The notes beneath the pieces are model-generated. The model searched no databases. It was not told where the DNA came from and saw only the letters and a program-made list of their open reading frames with translations. Both the position numbers and the translations under genes were made by a program. DNA of 62,736 nucleotides, filler included, from Basidiobolus ranarum (lineage: Eukaryota): assembly GCA_040143965.1 (NCBI GenBank). It is 18 parts of 18 records of this genome, joined end to end, with 100 filler letters (N's around TTAATTAATTAA, not from the genome) between each part and the next. Parts side by side here need not be neighbours in the genome. Positions count along the whole stretch, not along the records: positions 13,999 to 17,393 come from JASJQH010002514.1; positions 17,494 to 20,887 come from JASJQH010002515.1; positions 20,988 to 24,380 come from JASJQH010002516.1; positions 24,481 to 27,871 come from JASJQH010002517.1; 14 more parts are not named here. The stretch is one strand, 5' to 3'. Position 1 is the first letter of the stretch; each line of letters opens with the position of its first letter. Positions 13,999 through 26,644 of this stretch are shown one piece after another.

Positions 13999-14349
13999 TG
14001 GTTCGATGACAAGGAATATCGCATTGTTCGTATTATGGTCTTCCTTCTGATGGGTGCCGCTGGATTTGTTCCATTTGTTCATATGGTGATGCTCAATGGC
14101 TGGACCACTACATACATATTTATCCACAGACTTGGCCAATCCTTGGGCTGTTACCTTTTAGGTACTTACCTGTATGCTAACCATTACCCTGAGAAGCTCC
14201 TCCCAGGTGTGTTTGACACATGGGGCCATTCCCATCAACTTTGGCATCTCTGCGTCATGGGTGGAATCTATTATCACTATAAGTTCTCCTTAAGCTTCTA
14301 TCAGAATAGATGCAGTTATGGGTGCAGTGAAACTTGTGGCAGCTTATGA
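13999..14349 (+). CDS. PAQR/HlyIII (Izh/adiponectin-receptor family) membrane protein, C-terminal part
   Basis: WFDDKEYRIVRIMVF...YANHYPEKLLPGVFDTWGHSHQLWH contains the PExxxPGxFDxxGxSHQxxH signature. Confidence 0.92.
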   Translation, partial: WFDDKEYRIVRIMVFLLMGAAGFVPFVHMVMLNGWTTTYIFIHRLGQSLGCYLLGTYLYANHYPEKLLPGVFDTWGHSHQLWHLCVMGGIYYHYKFSLSFYQNRCSYGCSETCGSL

Positions 14350-16059
14350 GTTGACAGTTGTACTATCTACGACTTTTCTTTCCTGTTGTTTATTTTTCTT
14401 AGCTTCATATTTGACCTTGTCATAATGAGAATTTAATTCTGGATCTCGTCTAGCAGCAACCTTTGACCTTTGTGATGGCCAAAAAATTACAGAAGCCTAG
14501 TAACATATCCTAAGGAGGCATCGTTGTCGATCATCAAGCAAATAAAATACATATTCACATTTGACATGTTGTATCCCATTCAGTGTAAGTGTAAATGAAT
14601 ACCAAATAGTGATCGTCACCCAGCTGAACCCACCACACCCTCCACTGTATCCCCTAAATTCGCTTGCTTCTATTATATAAAATTTTCAAATCCCCATTCC
14701 AGTTTCATTACGTGTTCCCAAAGTTTCTGTAATTGTGGATAATTGGTGTACTCCAGACCAATGATATTATCCGATGATCAAGATAGTTCTCAGATCGTCA
14801 GCCACTGCTAACGCCCATCGGCCATGGTACAGGGTGATTAGAACTTCACTGAATTGGTGGTGTTGTTCACTGCTATAATCCTGGAATATTCTTCAGTGTT
14901 TGTGGGGGAACCATAAATCAACCTTCATTAACATCCACTTAGGGTTGGGTTAACGAGGGTGAGGGGTGAGGGGGATGCCTTTTCCACATTTTCTTTTCAT
15001 CACTTATTTTGATAAGATTCTAGTATTCTATTGGTGGTGGTTACATCAATTAAACGAGTCCAATGTTGCATTGATAAATACTGGCTACTAATTGGATGTT
15101 GATTGTGGGTAGGAAGTCAAACTAATGGTTGGACAGGTAACAGTGAGAAGAGTCTTTAGAAAAATCCTTGGAGTGACTATTTATTGATGATTTTCTTTTC
15201 ACCGGTTAAGATATAATTACATTCAACATATCATGTCATAAACTAACTATCCTCGACTGTATAGGCTACGTAAGGCTCGGTAAAGAAATGCAACTTCTCT
15301 TTTTGTCAAGATAATCTATAACCACTCGCGAGGTATTGCTATACTATTTACCCATAAAGGCTTAGGCTAGGTGGGCGGATATATTAGTTGCGAAATGTCC
15401 TGTTCGGAAAAACTCATGGAGTTTTGGAATATTGGTGAACGAAAATCTTGGATTTGAAATCGGAATTTTTCCTATGGTTACTGAAATTAATATATATGGA
15501 TCTACGCAATTGTTCCTTTAATGAATCTGCTGAATTGAAGGTACTGATGTTACTCAAACTCGGTACTTGTATTACCAGTAGCTTCATATGTTGGCAAAAA
15601 AATCATTCTCAGTAGTTTATCTGAGTTTCTCACTTCGAAAGTACTTCCTTGGTTGTATTTTCGTTGCCCCAGGCCATATAGTCACAAGCGATGTGATGAT
15701 TTGGATACATGAAATGCTTGAATAGGATCTCTATGTCAGGATGTCCTAATCACATCCACAAACAAATAACATAGAGAATATCAAGTCTGTTTCCACACTA
15801 ATAGATTCCAATATGCAATTACTCATCATTTGAGCTACCAAAGCAGAGTGTATATGTACATCTGATAAAGCACAAGAAGCTATGCGGTTACAGGAGTGAT
15901 TAACAAATTTATGATACAAACAACATTCAATTCCTACATTAAAGTATAATCACTTTTTTAATCTTTGGCCTGAAACCCAATTCTTTGTTTTAGAGCCAGC
16001 ATCTCAAGAATACATATGAAACTCCTAGTCGACTCGAAAGTTTTTATGTAAAAGTAAGA

Positions 16060-16605
16060 ATTGTATAGTTTTGTCAAGATGTAAGTAAACAGACACAAAA
16101 AAAGTGTTAAGGAAGGCCCTCCAAACATTTGTGCAAAGTTTGATGCTTTTGGCACAGGTTTTAAAATCCATAAATCAGAGAACTTCTAAGTTGGTAAAAA
16201 TATCCGAAATAAATTCCAACTATGAAAATGGGTGATTTTTTAGTGTAATATGAAACAACTAAGTACTAAGCTATATATGACTATATAGATGATCAGGCAA
16301 TACTTACTTCTGCTAAAGTATGTTGGGAGCCTTTTGGGAGTGGTCTGAAGAGAAATTGGTGGTTTTCACTTATTGATTTATTAAGTAGGAAGTTGGCATT
16401 CATAGATTTGTGAGAATGTAGGCAAACTAATGTGTATAACATGCTAAGAAATGTCCCATAAGCATCAGTGCAAAGTTTGGGGCTCCTAGCACAAGTTTGA
16501 AAAATCCATATACATGAGAACTTCAACATTGGTGTCAATATTCTGAGTAGATTCCAATTGAGAATAATGGACAATATCTTAGTGAAATATGAGATAACTA
16601 AGTGT
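16060..16605 (-). mobile_element. Two adjacent degraded LTR family A copies
   Basis: Reverse-complement matches to family A. Confidence 0.75.
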
Positions 16606-16614
16606 TAGAGTATT

Positions 16615-17103
16615 TGGTCCATATAGATCTCCTCAGCAAGCTCACCATTCAAAAAAGTAGTTTTAACATCCACTTAATGTATAATAAACTGATACTTAGC
16701 TGATGTTGCTAAAATTAATCTAATTGAATTAAACTTTGCTACAGGAGCAAAAGTTTCTGTATAATCTATTCCTGATGTTTGGGAATAACCTTTGGCTATT
16801 AGTCTAACCTTATACCTATCTATATTGCCATTAGAGATGTATTTAACTTTAAACACCCATTGGCAGCCAATTGATTTTCTATCATTAGGTAAGTTGTTTA
16901 AAATCCAAGTTTGATTATCAATCAAAGCTTGGTACTCATCAGCCATTGCAGATCTCCAAAATTTCATGCAAGGGCCATTCAGGACCACTTTTACAGTCTG
17001 GGGTTCATGTATTTGAGCTGTGCAGGCATAGGCCCAATTTTGGGACTCATTGATATAGTAATCAGCACTATTTCTGATACAATGTGATCTCCTGGTTTGG
17101 GAC
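16615..17103 (-). mobile_element. Ty1/Copia reverse transcriptase fragment (pseudogenised), interrupted by a family B LTR at 17104
   Basis: AMADEYQALIDNQTW...CQWVFKVK...YKVRLIAKGYSQTSGIDYTETFAPVAK are RVT_2 motifs. In-frame stop before the MDVKT motif. Confidence 0.92.
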
Positions 17104-17493
17104 TGTTGGAAGATCTTGACATAATGGGGGTAGACTTTGAGTATTAGAAGTAACTTATGTTAGTGTGTTTTAGTGACTTTATTCTTAAGAGTATATGGTG
17201 ACTTATATAGCAGAAAAGTAATCAATTGTTTGAGATATTCAGGAGTTTGTGTAACAAGATATAATAGATAGGTGGGGGTAATAAGACATACTCGTTATAT
17301 ATATATAGAGATATTCCTATTTAGAATATAGGGGCTATAGATACATTGCTTTCTGTTTCTGATATATGTATCATAACTAAAGTTAACTATGATNNNNNNN
17401 NNNNNNNNNNNNNNNNNNNNNNNNNNNNNNNNNNNNNTTAATTAATTAANNNNNNNNNNNNNNNNNNNNNNNNNNNNNNNNNNNNNNNNNNNN

Positions 17494-17841
17494 ATAGATA
17501 TTACTGGGTGAAACATAATATACTGAATAGGGAATATACTGTGGTAAGTTCAAGAGTTGGAGTGTTGGGGACTGCAAGGACCAATACAAAGAGGGATGAA
17601 GTAGGGATGATCATGTGACCTTCCATGGAAGGTCTTGGTGGGAATAAACTATGTGTGGGATGACATGAAAGGTGAGGTTTCATGGAAAGTTCTAAAGAAC
17701 ATGACTTCCATATAAGGTAACGTAGATGAACTAGCACAAGATTGCCAGGAAGTGATGGCACAGCAGATATGATGTTATAATCATATAATAGAAGAGTTCT
17801 ATTTTGCAGCATATGAGTATGCCAAGATCAGAATCATGACA
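17494..17841 (-). mobile_element. LTR family C copy (TGTCA terminus, probably Gypsy-type)
   Basis: Reverse complement of 20457-20830, starting TGTCATGATTCTGATCTTGGC. Confidence 0.7.
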
Positions 17842-17859
17842 TCAAGAATGTCGACCCAC

Positions 17860-18640
17860 ATTGGCCAATGTCAGCTAGATGCAATAGCTTCACAAATCTT
17901 TTTGTAATTGAATATCAAAATCTTTCTTAAGGATTTGGGAAAGATAGGCCTACTCTATGCTAGTATTGCATACATGCCCTACTGCATCTCTTATAATGCT
18001 TAGAGATCATAGGCCCCAGCTATACATTTTGGGAGTTACCTGTGTAATGTACTTATGATGTCATGATGCCCCAAGTCAAATATTGATGGCACTATATAAC
18101 AATCTCACTAACAAATAATTGCAAAATCAGTGAAAGATATAATATAATGGCTTGATGAAACTCCAGACAATAGTAACCATCCCACACAGTGCTTATATCA
18201 GTGTTCTCCTGGGTGTTTGCATAATTTGAGTGTATTTGCATCAATAAAGCCAAATCATGGATATTAAGAAAAATGTGTCTGGCAAAACTATATTATTGTT
18301 GCCATAATTGACAATATTCTTAGTAAAGCTGCAAGAGAGACTTTTTAGTTAGATGGATGAAGCAATTCAATACTTTGTTATAGTCATGTGCTGATATATT
18401 CAAGTTGTAATGTCTCCACTTGTGTTAAAACAATTGTTGCTTGAAAGTCAGGGATATTATGACTGAATACTTTGCAAAAATTTGCAGAAATAAGGAGCTG
18501 ATTGCTGTTGTAGGTAGTTGTAAAAATTAATTATTTGCTAGGTGTTAATGTGATCTAAAGCTTCTAATGTTGAACAATTTTTCCCCAATTAGTCTTTAGC
18601 AAAAGCATAGTACTATTGTATAGCTATGTCTTAGTAGTCA
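17860..18640 (+). mobile_element. Degraded DNA-transposon (CACTA/EnSpm-like) relic
   Basis: Nucleotide similarity to the reverse complement of the transposase relics at 47600-48500 and 61700-62600. Confidence 0.5.
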
Positions 18641-18991
18641 AGTTTGTTGAAATTAACATTGCCTAATCACCTATATAGTCATGTATAGCTTACTACTTAG
18701 TTATTGTATAATTCACTGAGATATTATCCATCACTCTAAATATAAATTTATATGTGATAATTTGCCAACTTGGAAGTTCTCAGATGTATATACCTTTCAA
18801 ACTTGTGTTAAAAGCCCCAAAACTTGCACACATGTTGCTGGGACCTTTCTTAATACATTCTGCATGCTAATTTGTGTACATCTTGACAAAACTATAAATG
18901 CTAACTTTCTACTCAATAAATCAATAAATGAAAACCACCAATTCCCATAATTCTTTAAACCACTTCCAACAGGCTCCCAAATACTTTAACA

Positions 18992-19004
18992 GGTTATGAG
19001 CCCT
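18992..19004 (+). promoter_or_regulatory. Primer-binding site complementary to the tRNA-iMet anticodon stem-loop (Ty5/Hemivirus type)
   Basis: GGTTATGAGCCCT directly after the LTR end CA. Variants at about 26965, 49766 and 56664. Confidence 0.8.
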
Positions 19005-19205
19005 GAGCTTTCACTCTATGTAATATCTACTTCCCAAATCTATGTAACTTTTTCCTTTTCTGAAAAATTGGATGGAATCTATTATCAAGTTTGGAAAATT
19101 AAAATGAAAATGTTACGGTAAGAAAAAGGACTTTGGGACATTGTTGTCAAAGAAGAAAACAATGCAAAACTCTCTGAAACCAAAGTTTTACTCCAGGTTA
19201 AAAAA

Positions 19206-19583
19206 TATTGGGAAAATATGGGCTGTTTGGAGGAACTTTAGAAAAGTGGAGTTGTGAATAGCTTTGTGAGATAATTATTTATTGTCCAGAAATAAAGCAT
19301 TTATACATTTTGGTGGATATACAGAAAACTGACACTGAGGTTGCATTCAGAACATTGGTGGGAGTAAAATGAGCTATCTTTGGGGCAATTTGGACAAGTT
19401 TGAAATTTCCAATATGGAATTGCTAATTCTCACATTATTCACATATATATATGATATATGTTCCAATTAGCAGTTAAGAGATATTTGACTAAGTAATGTT
19501 GACTAACTTATATGTAGTAAATGAAATAGTTAGGGGTATAAAGATAGAGATAACTACTATGATAAAGACAATAAACTTCAACA
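19206..19583 (-). mobile_element. LTR family D solo LTR nested in Copia gag, TSD AAAAA
   Basis: Interrupts GGTTAAAAAAGA, which is intact in the copies at about 27170 and 49970. Termini TGTTG...CAATA. Other copies at 48908-49263, 52182-52292 and 55876-56043. Confidence 0.85.
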
Positions 19584-20456
19584 AAAAAGAACAATGTGCC
19601 TTTAATGTAAATTGTCTTAATGTTAAAGAAAAATTACTAATTCAATGTTCAGGAGCTGATACTGCCAAGAAGGTATGGAAAGCCTTGGAAGACACCTACC
19701 AAATAGGTTCTGCTGCCAACAAGATGTTTCTAAGAAGACAATATTTTAACTTAAAGATGAAGCCAGGAGAAGACATTAAATCACTATTTAACAGAGTCAC
19801 TACTTTAATGGGTGAAATCAAATACATTGGAGTACCAACTACTGATCAAGATATCATAGTTACAGTTTGGAATAGCCTGCCACATTAGTTTTGGAGCCTA
19901 TTAATGGCTCTAGAATCAAGAACTGAAAATATGACCTTAAAATATATATTTTGCAGACTTCTGGATGAAGATTTACACAAATCAGGACTCAACCAAAAGA
20001 ATGAGGAAAATGCTTTAATAGGCTATGGGAAACCTTCCTATAGAGGTCAAAAGCTCTCTAAGAAGAAAAGTAACACATTGTGATTTCTGTACAAGAACTG
20101 GCAATTTAAGCAAAGATTGCTTTAATAGAATTGCAAAAGAAGAAAAACATACTGAATCTAGAAATGTGGTTATAATTGAAGATCACTTGTTCATATCTGC
20201 TCTATCTATGACTACCAACAAGAGTTCTCAGACTTGGTGTATTGATTCTGGAGCCTCCCAACATTTCACAAATGAAACACACTGGTTTATGGATTATGAA
20301 GAAATTGCAATTAGAAAGGTTTTTGTGGGAGATGACCATATGTTGGATGCTATTGGAATGGGAACAATTCAAGTCAATTTAACTGGACCTTCTGAAGATA
20401 AAGTGTATACTTTTAAACATGTACTACATGTTCTAGATATTGTCAAGAATTTAATA

Positions 20457-20887
20457 TGTCATGATTCTGATCTTGGCATACTGATCTACTGCATATGCAA
20501 CTCTTCTATTATTAGATTATGACATCATATCTACTGTGCCATCCCTTCTCGGCAATCTGGTGTCAGTTCATCCAGATTACCTTCTATGGAAGTCATGCTC
20601 TTTGGAACATTCCATGAAACCTGACCAATCATGTCATCCCACACATAGTGTATTTCCACCAAGACCTTCCATGGAAGGTCACCTGATCATCCTTACATCA
20701 TCCTTACATCATCCTTGCATCATCCCTCTTTGTATTGGTCCTTGTAGTCCCTAACACCCCAACTCTCAAACTTGCCACAGTATATTCCCTATTCAGTATA
20801 TTATGTTTCACCTTGCAATATCTATATAAGCACCATGTATTTCTTGATCAGACCTCAGTCTGATCAACACCAGTTATCAATAAAGAT
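20457..20887 (+). mobile_element. LTR family C copy inserted after Copia protease
   Basis: Starts TGTCATGATT, interrupts the Copia frame after HVLHVLDIVKNLI, and runs to the contig end. Confidence 0.7.
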
Positions 20888-21495
20888 NNNNNNNNNNNNN
20901 NNNNNNNNNNNNNNNNNNNNNNNNNNNNNNNTTAATTAATTAANNNNNNNNNNNNNNNNNNNNNNNNNNNNNNNNNNNNNNNNNNNNCGGCTCCATGATT
21001 AACTGGAACAGCTCCATAGCCTCCACCTTTTGTTACGAAGATTTTCATCTATGACCGTATGAAATAGCCGCCCTAAAATTTCACCGCGAGTGGGATTATG
21101 AAACTGGTCTTGAACCAAAATACAAAGGCTTTTAGCATTGTACAGAAACAATCTCTATTGGTGTAGCATTGTCAACTCGTACTCAAAAACCCTGTGCGAT
21201 ATAGCTAGTTATACCCTTTGTATTCCGTCAGCAATATACCTACTCTGGAAGATAATGCCGATCAAAAGTCTTTATTTCTTGCAAATATGCTTTCATGATT
21301 CGTTCGCTACTCATAAACAAAGGTTAGTCTTGCGATCGAAAAGCTGAAGAAAGCAAATATTTCAAACAAAAGTCCATTAGAACAAAGGAGTTAATGTCTT
21401 GAAGTTTTCGGTCAGTTTCGGCCATTAAGATAGCTTATAAATAGCACTCGTTGGTGTACCAATACAGATTATCAAAGGAACTATCTACTAGTGAA

Positions 21496-22652
21496 ATGAA
21501 CGACAAATCGTTAGTATTTTCTGGTTACGAAGATGTTCATCCCGACTCAAAAGAGATCCCTCATTTTGTTCTAAAGTTATACAGGTGGGTGAATCAGTAT
21601 TTCATACAAATTTAATTGACTTGCTAACATTCCATTGGTAGAATTTTGGAAACTGAAAAGTATAGCGAGTATATTCGCTGGAATAATACGGGGGAAAGTT
21701 TTGTAATTCCAGATGGGCCTTTACTTGCTGCTGTTGTGCTACCTAATTTCTACAAATCCTCCACTTTTACTTCCTTCGTTCGACAACTTAACGTAAGTAT
21801 TTTCTTTGGTAAAGATATCTTACGGGGATACTGACTTGTTTATCAATCGTAGATCTATGGCTTTCGTCGAATCACTGATGCTCGAAAAGCAAAAAATCCA
21901 CCCAGTCAGTTAGCCTCAGCATTCGCTCATCCGAACTTTTGCCAGGGAAGAGTTAACAAGCTACATCTGATCAAAAGAAAGGTAAAGCGAACCTTCCGAG
22001 CCAAATGCAAAGATTTGCCGGATCTGAAGGGGAGTATTGACCACAGTTCGCTTATTCCAATCAACGGATTAGAATGTTCTTCAAGTGACACCGAGAGTTC
22101 AAACGAAATAGGTTTGTTGAGTGCGTCCTTATTGAAACAGGATAAATGAGAACTAATATATTCAGAACAGAGCATTCCCAAACAGATCATTCGGAAAACT
22201 GCCACAAGTGCCACAGCCTAATTGCTGAGGTTCAAGTATTACGAAGCATTTTACATCGCTATCAGCGCATGGAAGTTTCCACCGTGCCGCAGTCCCTCCC
22301 ATACAACCTTCCGATGGAATATGAAACCCATCCCTCTGGTTGCAACGAGATGAGTTTGAATGGCGTGCGATATCCTATGTATTCAACCGAGCCGGCGCCG
22401 CTCAGATTGCCGAATTGGTCGACAGAGATGTCCATTCCAGAAAATTCGGGATATGAGGTTACATCATCAGAGTTACCATCGTTCTTTTGTCAAGAGAATT
22501 CTGTCCCTAACTATTCATCCTCCATGGTGTGGAATACTGGGCCCTCGAATCCTCCTACTCAGCCTTATTCCGACAACATACCAACATTGTCGGTGGCTCT
22601 CGGATGGGATTCCTATACAAAATCTGATCATCGAGAGTCCCAAGCGATTTGA
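21496..22652 (+). CDS. Heat-shock-factor (HSF)-type DNA-binding protein, 4 exons (21496-21584, 21642-21792, 21853-22111, 22171-22652), ~326 aa
   Basis: Spliced translation reads IPHFVLKLYR|ILETEKYSEYIRWNNTGESFVI...LPNFYKSSTFTSFVRQLN|IYGFRR...FAHPNFCQG...LHLIKRK, an HSF DBD. GT-AG introns with CTAAC/CTGAC/CTAAT branch sites. Exon lengths sum to 981 nt. TATAAA upstream at about 21437. Confidence 0.9.
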
Positions 22653-25310
22653 TCACCTTGTTAACGCATATGACCATTCCAAATTTTGTCCATTTTCTAT
22701 CCATCCGCTCAAGCTAATAATGTCAATCCCCATATACTCGTCAATTCAGTTGTTTTAATTTTGTATTTTCTTTCTGTATTCATATCCCCTCCCCTCTCCT
22801 CTCGTCCCCTTCCCTCCCTACTTGTGCGATCCAGGAATAAATCAAATCACATTCTTGCTTGTTGTCCTGATGGTTTCACTTACGTATATTGCTGCTTGAG
22901 TCCATCGAATTTGTACTGCATTCTCAGATCATGGCGGCCAAGTCACAGAGCATCTTCGGTTAATCTTTTCTCACGGTCTCACTTCCTCGACAACGTTTTA
23001 ATGGTAGATCAGGATGGCAGTATCTTTATCTCCAACTGCCCTTAGCATGCTGCTGATGGATATCTCCCATTCGGTGTGGCCATTTACGCAAGTTTCGTTG
23101 ATCAGTGGTTGATGGTCTGATCCATTGAAATCGCTTCTTGCATAGAATCAGTATGGCAATTACCTTAGTCCTTATGTATATATAGCTTGGTTGATTTCAT
23201 GTGGTTGAACGCGTGTTTAAAGCTGTTGGTGTTAGACACTTAGCAAGCAACTATACTAGCAATGCCAACATACTCTATTATCATACTGCTGTTGTGTTGG
23301 GCGGCACCTACTCATAATAAGGCACCATTGCATTAATATTGATTAATTAGATATTCAGTACGCTGCCGGTACGGTAGCCTAAGGAGTAATAATCTATTCA
23401 GCTATATATAGACACAATCTACGGCAATCAGTTCAATCTGCTTGAAGTGTATTAAATGTTTCAACCATTGGTACCATTGTAGTCGGTCTTTGGAAAATTC
23501 GTGACCATGGATACTATATACTGAGTTCTATTTGGTCTCAAATTTTGGCCCTAGCCATTATTGTTTCTGTCTGAAAAGCGTAGCTTACATATACCCGGTT
23601 TAGTCTAGCTAAGAAATGTCTTCTGGGATATGCATTCCGATTTATAGTGCAAATTGAGAAGAGCTGCTTTGGAGCTGGTGAAGCAGACTAAGAGCCAGAC
23701 ACAGATTGAGATGGTTAGATCGGAGCAAGGCGAAATAGTAAGTGATAATGCTGATTAAGAACCAGCATTAGTCGTATTGCTAATTGGAAATAGATTTTTC
23801 TCTATAGCTATTCCCATTTTAAGTTAAGAAATATATGTTAGCACTCAGTTGATTTACAAATTGTAATAACGTGACAATCGCCAGGTCAAAGTGACTCCAG
23901 TTTCTTGTAGTGTATGATCAATTTACGTAGCTAATACTGCAAGTATGCAATTCATTGAGTTATTAGTTTAGTCGCAATTAAATATACTCTGCCTACGAAT
24001 CGATCATGATTGCCGCTCTTTATAACTTGATCAAGATATTTCAGTATTCCTATTTCTGACTGACTTTATAATTGCAATCTCTTCAACTATACATATATTT
24101 AGGAAATGTGTCCCCAATCTACTGAGGAAAAACAAGAAATGGCCACTCTGCCATACCAAGCAGCTGTTGGAAGTCTAAAGTATACTATGGTTGTAACCAG
24201 ACCTGATATTAGATGTGCTGTAGGAGCTGTGAGTTAGTACTTGACTAATCCTGGAACAATACAATGGACAGTAGTTAAAAGTGTTAAAGTATTTGGGAGC
24301 CTGTTGGAAGTGGTTTGGAGAATTAGAGAAATTGGTTGTTTTCACTGATTGATTAATTGAGTAGAAAGTGGACATTTATANNNNNNNNNNNNNNNNNNNN
24401 NNNNNNNNNNNNNNNNNNNNNNNNTTAATTAATTAANNNNNNNNNNNNNNNNNNNNNNNNNNNNNNNNNNNNNNNNNNNNTGGATGGATTTACTTGTAGT
24501 GTAGTGGAATAGTTGATAGTTGATGCAGCCCAAGCCACGAGGTCTCAGAAGGCGATGCAGGGAGGTCCATCTAGGATTAATTGCCGATTTAATATGCTCT
24601 GCACCTATCATACGCTATCGTTGCCATTTGCATTCCCTAATCTGACACTAATCGAATTCCCTTACGCTGTAGCTCACTCTCCTGAAAATTCGATTGTTTA
24701 ATCGCCTATTCAACCTGAAACAGGTTCAGTGATTTGTTCTGAGTGGCTTGTAGGGTAGGTATTTTTAGTACAAAGAACAGAGTGATGGCACGAAGTTTGG
24801 CTCAGGGAGCCACACACATCATTGCTGAATTGTCTATGAGGGTGAAGAGGCGCGATGTATTCGTCTAATAACTCGTCTAGAGTGAATGCAGGGGTGAAGT
24901 CCCGCCTTAAAGTAATCAACACTTTCCAATGCTTGATCTGAACACACAGATTTGATGATATTGTGGAACAATGACGCTCATTAATTACATTCTTTTTCTC
25001 AATTGGAGCGAATTTCATAGGCTTGGTTATTGTTAGCCCACACTCTAAAAATTCCCGATGACAAAAGGGGATCCCAAGGCAGTCTCTGGACATGTGTTTG
25101 TTGGCGGAAAAGTATAAAAAGCCTTGATCGTCCCAATCTTACCTCACGGCATTGACCCCCAATAGCTGCTGACAGGTTGAAGTCTCACTTCTTTGCTGTT
25201 CCCTTCGTATCGCTTTTCTTATCAACCCAAGTGACGAACGTAAACAGTGATTCTTAACTGATCCTAGTAAAGTGGTTATTTCTATAGATTGTCCTTGTCA
25301 TTGACGAAAA

Positions 25311-25676
25311 ATGGATTCTGACTGGTGTACAGTTTGTGGTAAACATGTGGAGACCTCTGGTCAGTTGTACTGCAACCAGACCTGCCGACAGAAAGATCAA
25401 CAGTCTGACTTGATAGTTTATGAGAAACACGATGGCGCCACACCAGTTCCCTTGATTGAGCGTTTCTCTTGTCCTCTAAAGCAACAACACCTTCGCTATC
25501 ATATCGAGTACCACGCTTCTAAAGAGCATTCCCCACCAAAAGTTGGTTACCCATTTCATTTGAAGTTATACAAGAAAAGCACTGCTTTCCGGCCAGTAGA
25601 TCTACGCCTCTTGTCGCTTACCAAGAAGTATCCTTCAATACAGTCGGGACGTCCTTTACTTACTGTTGCGCAGTAA
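25311..25676 (+). CDS. Ecl1-family (extender of chronological lifespan) zinc-binding protein
   Basis: The N-terminus MDSDWCTVCGKH...LYCNQTCRQKD fits the Ecl1/2/3 CxxC...YCxxxCRxxD pattern. TATAAAA upstream at about 25113. Confidence 0.8.
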   Translation: MDSDWCTVCGKHVETSGQLYCNQTCRQKDQQSDLIVYEKHDGATPVPLIERFSCPLKQQHLRYHIEYHASKEHSPPKVGYPFHLKLYKKSTAFRPVDLRLLSLTKKYPSIQSGRPLLTVAQ

Positions 25677-26644
25677 TCATTGAAGACCCTCACTTTGCGA
25701 TGTCTATACGATCTTGTGGACTCGCATCTTGGTCTCTTTGTTCTTAATTTCCCGTTTTGTTCTGAAGCGCTTGTGACAAATTGTACTTGTATGTACGAAA
25801 GTGTAAATAAACCTTTGTATTCCCGTATACTGCTAGAACCACTTGCACCAACCCTAGTACTTGAAGATGTATGTCTTCACCTGAAAATAGAGTTGAAAAC
25901 TAAATTCATCTTTTCATCCCAACCTGTTAGGTGATTTAATGTAGTATAGATACAGCGATTTTACCTATTGAGCTAGTTGTGGCACTGGACATTCGCAATG
26001 TGAGATACTGAAATTTAAATTCTGCCATTCTTCAACACTTGCAAATCCACACCAAAACCCGCGGCCTATCTCTGCTCTTTCCACTGATATGCATGTTAGT
26101 TAAATAAGTCCTAGTGAAACCATTAGGGATTCTGGTGACCATATTTACTTCATCTTAGAGTTTCATTCGTCTACACATAATAATTCGCTCAATGATACCT
26201 TGATTACTTTCACCTATATCCAATCAACGAGATAGAGTATCTAATTATAGAGCAATGTCTGAATCCAACACGAATCCAAATATAGTAGATGTGATAATTC
26301 ATATTAATGAGAGAACTACTCTTATCGCTTCAACAAAATATACTTTTTTTTGCATAATCTGACATCCACTATGACTGGTATATTCCTTCCAATCATTAAT
26401 ATTAATATTGTTTGATGAACAACGTAAGTAGTCTTACAATATTTGATATTATGTACACTTTACCAATTCTTGTAAACAAGGGACAAAGTGTGTCCTAGAG
26501 TAAAATCACATTGCCATAAACAGTGTATATACTATCCTCTCTCTGGAGCTTGCCCTCTGAGTCTTGTATCTCTACTTCTTCATATGGAAAATGAAACATC
26601 TTCTGAAATTCAGCGGTTAAACCCTCCTCTGACAAGCTTTCAAA

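Larger units (their letters stand above)
18645..20456 (+). mobile_element. Ty1/Copia element 5' half: LTR A (18645-18991), PBS, gag-protease, decayed
   Basis: The LTR is followed by PBS GGTTATGAGCCCT, then gag (AKKVWKALE..Y), a CDFC zinc-knuckle remnant and protease WCIDSGASQHF. Nested LTR at 19206 and LTR C at 20457. Confidence 0.92.

Noticed and set aside
17494-20887. Long inverted repeats at both ends of the contig, suggesting a TIR element
   Set aside because: These are two independent copies of LTR family C at which the assembly broke. One of them interrupts a Copia pol frame.
24710-25093. 127-aa minus-strand ORF upstream of the Ecl1-like gene
   Set aside because: It has no motif or compositional support and probably lies in promoter sequence.
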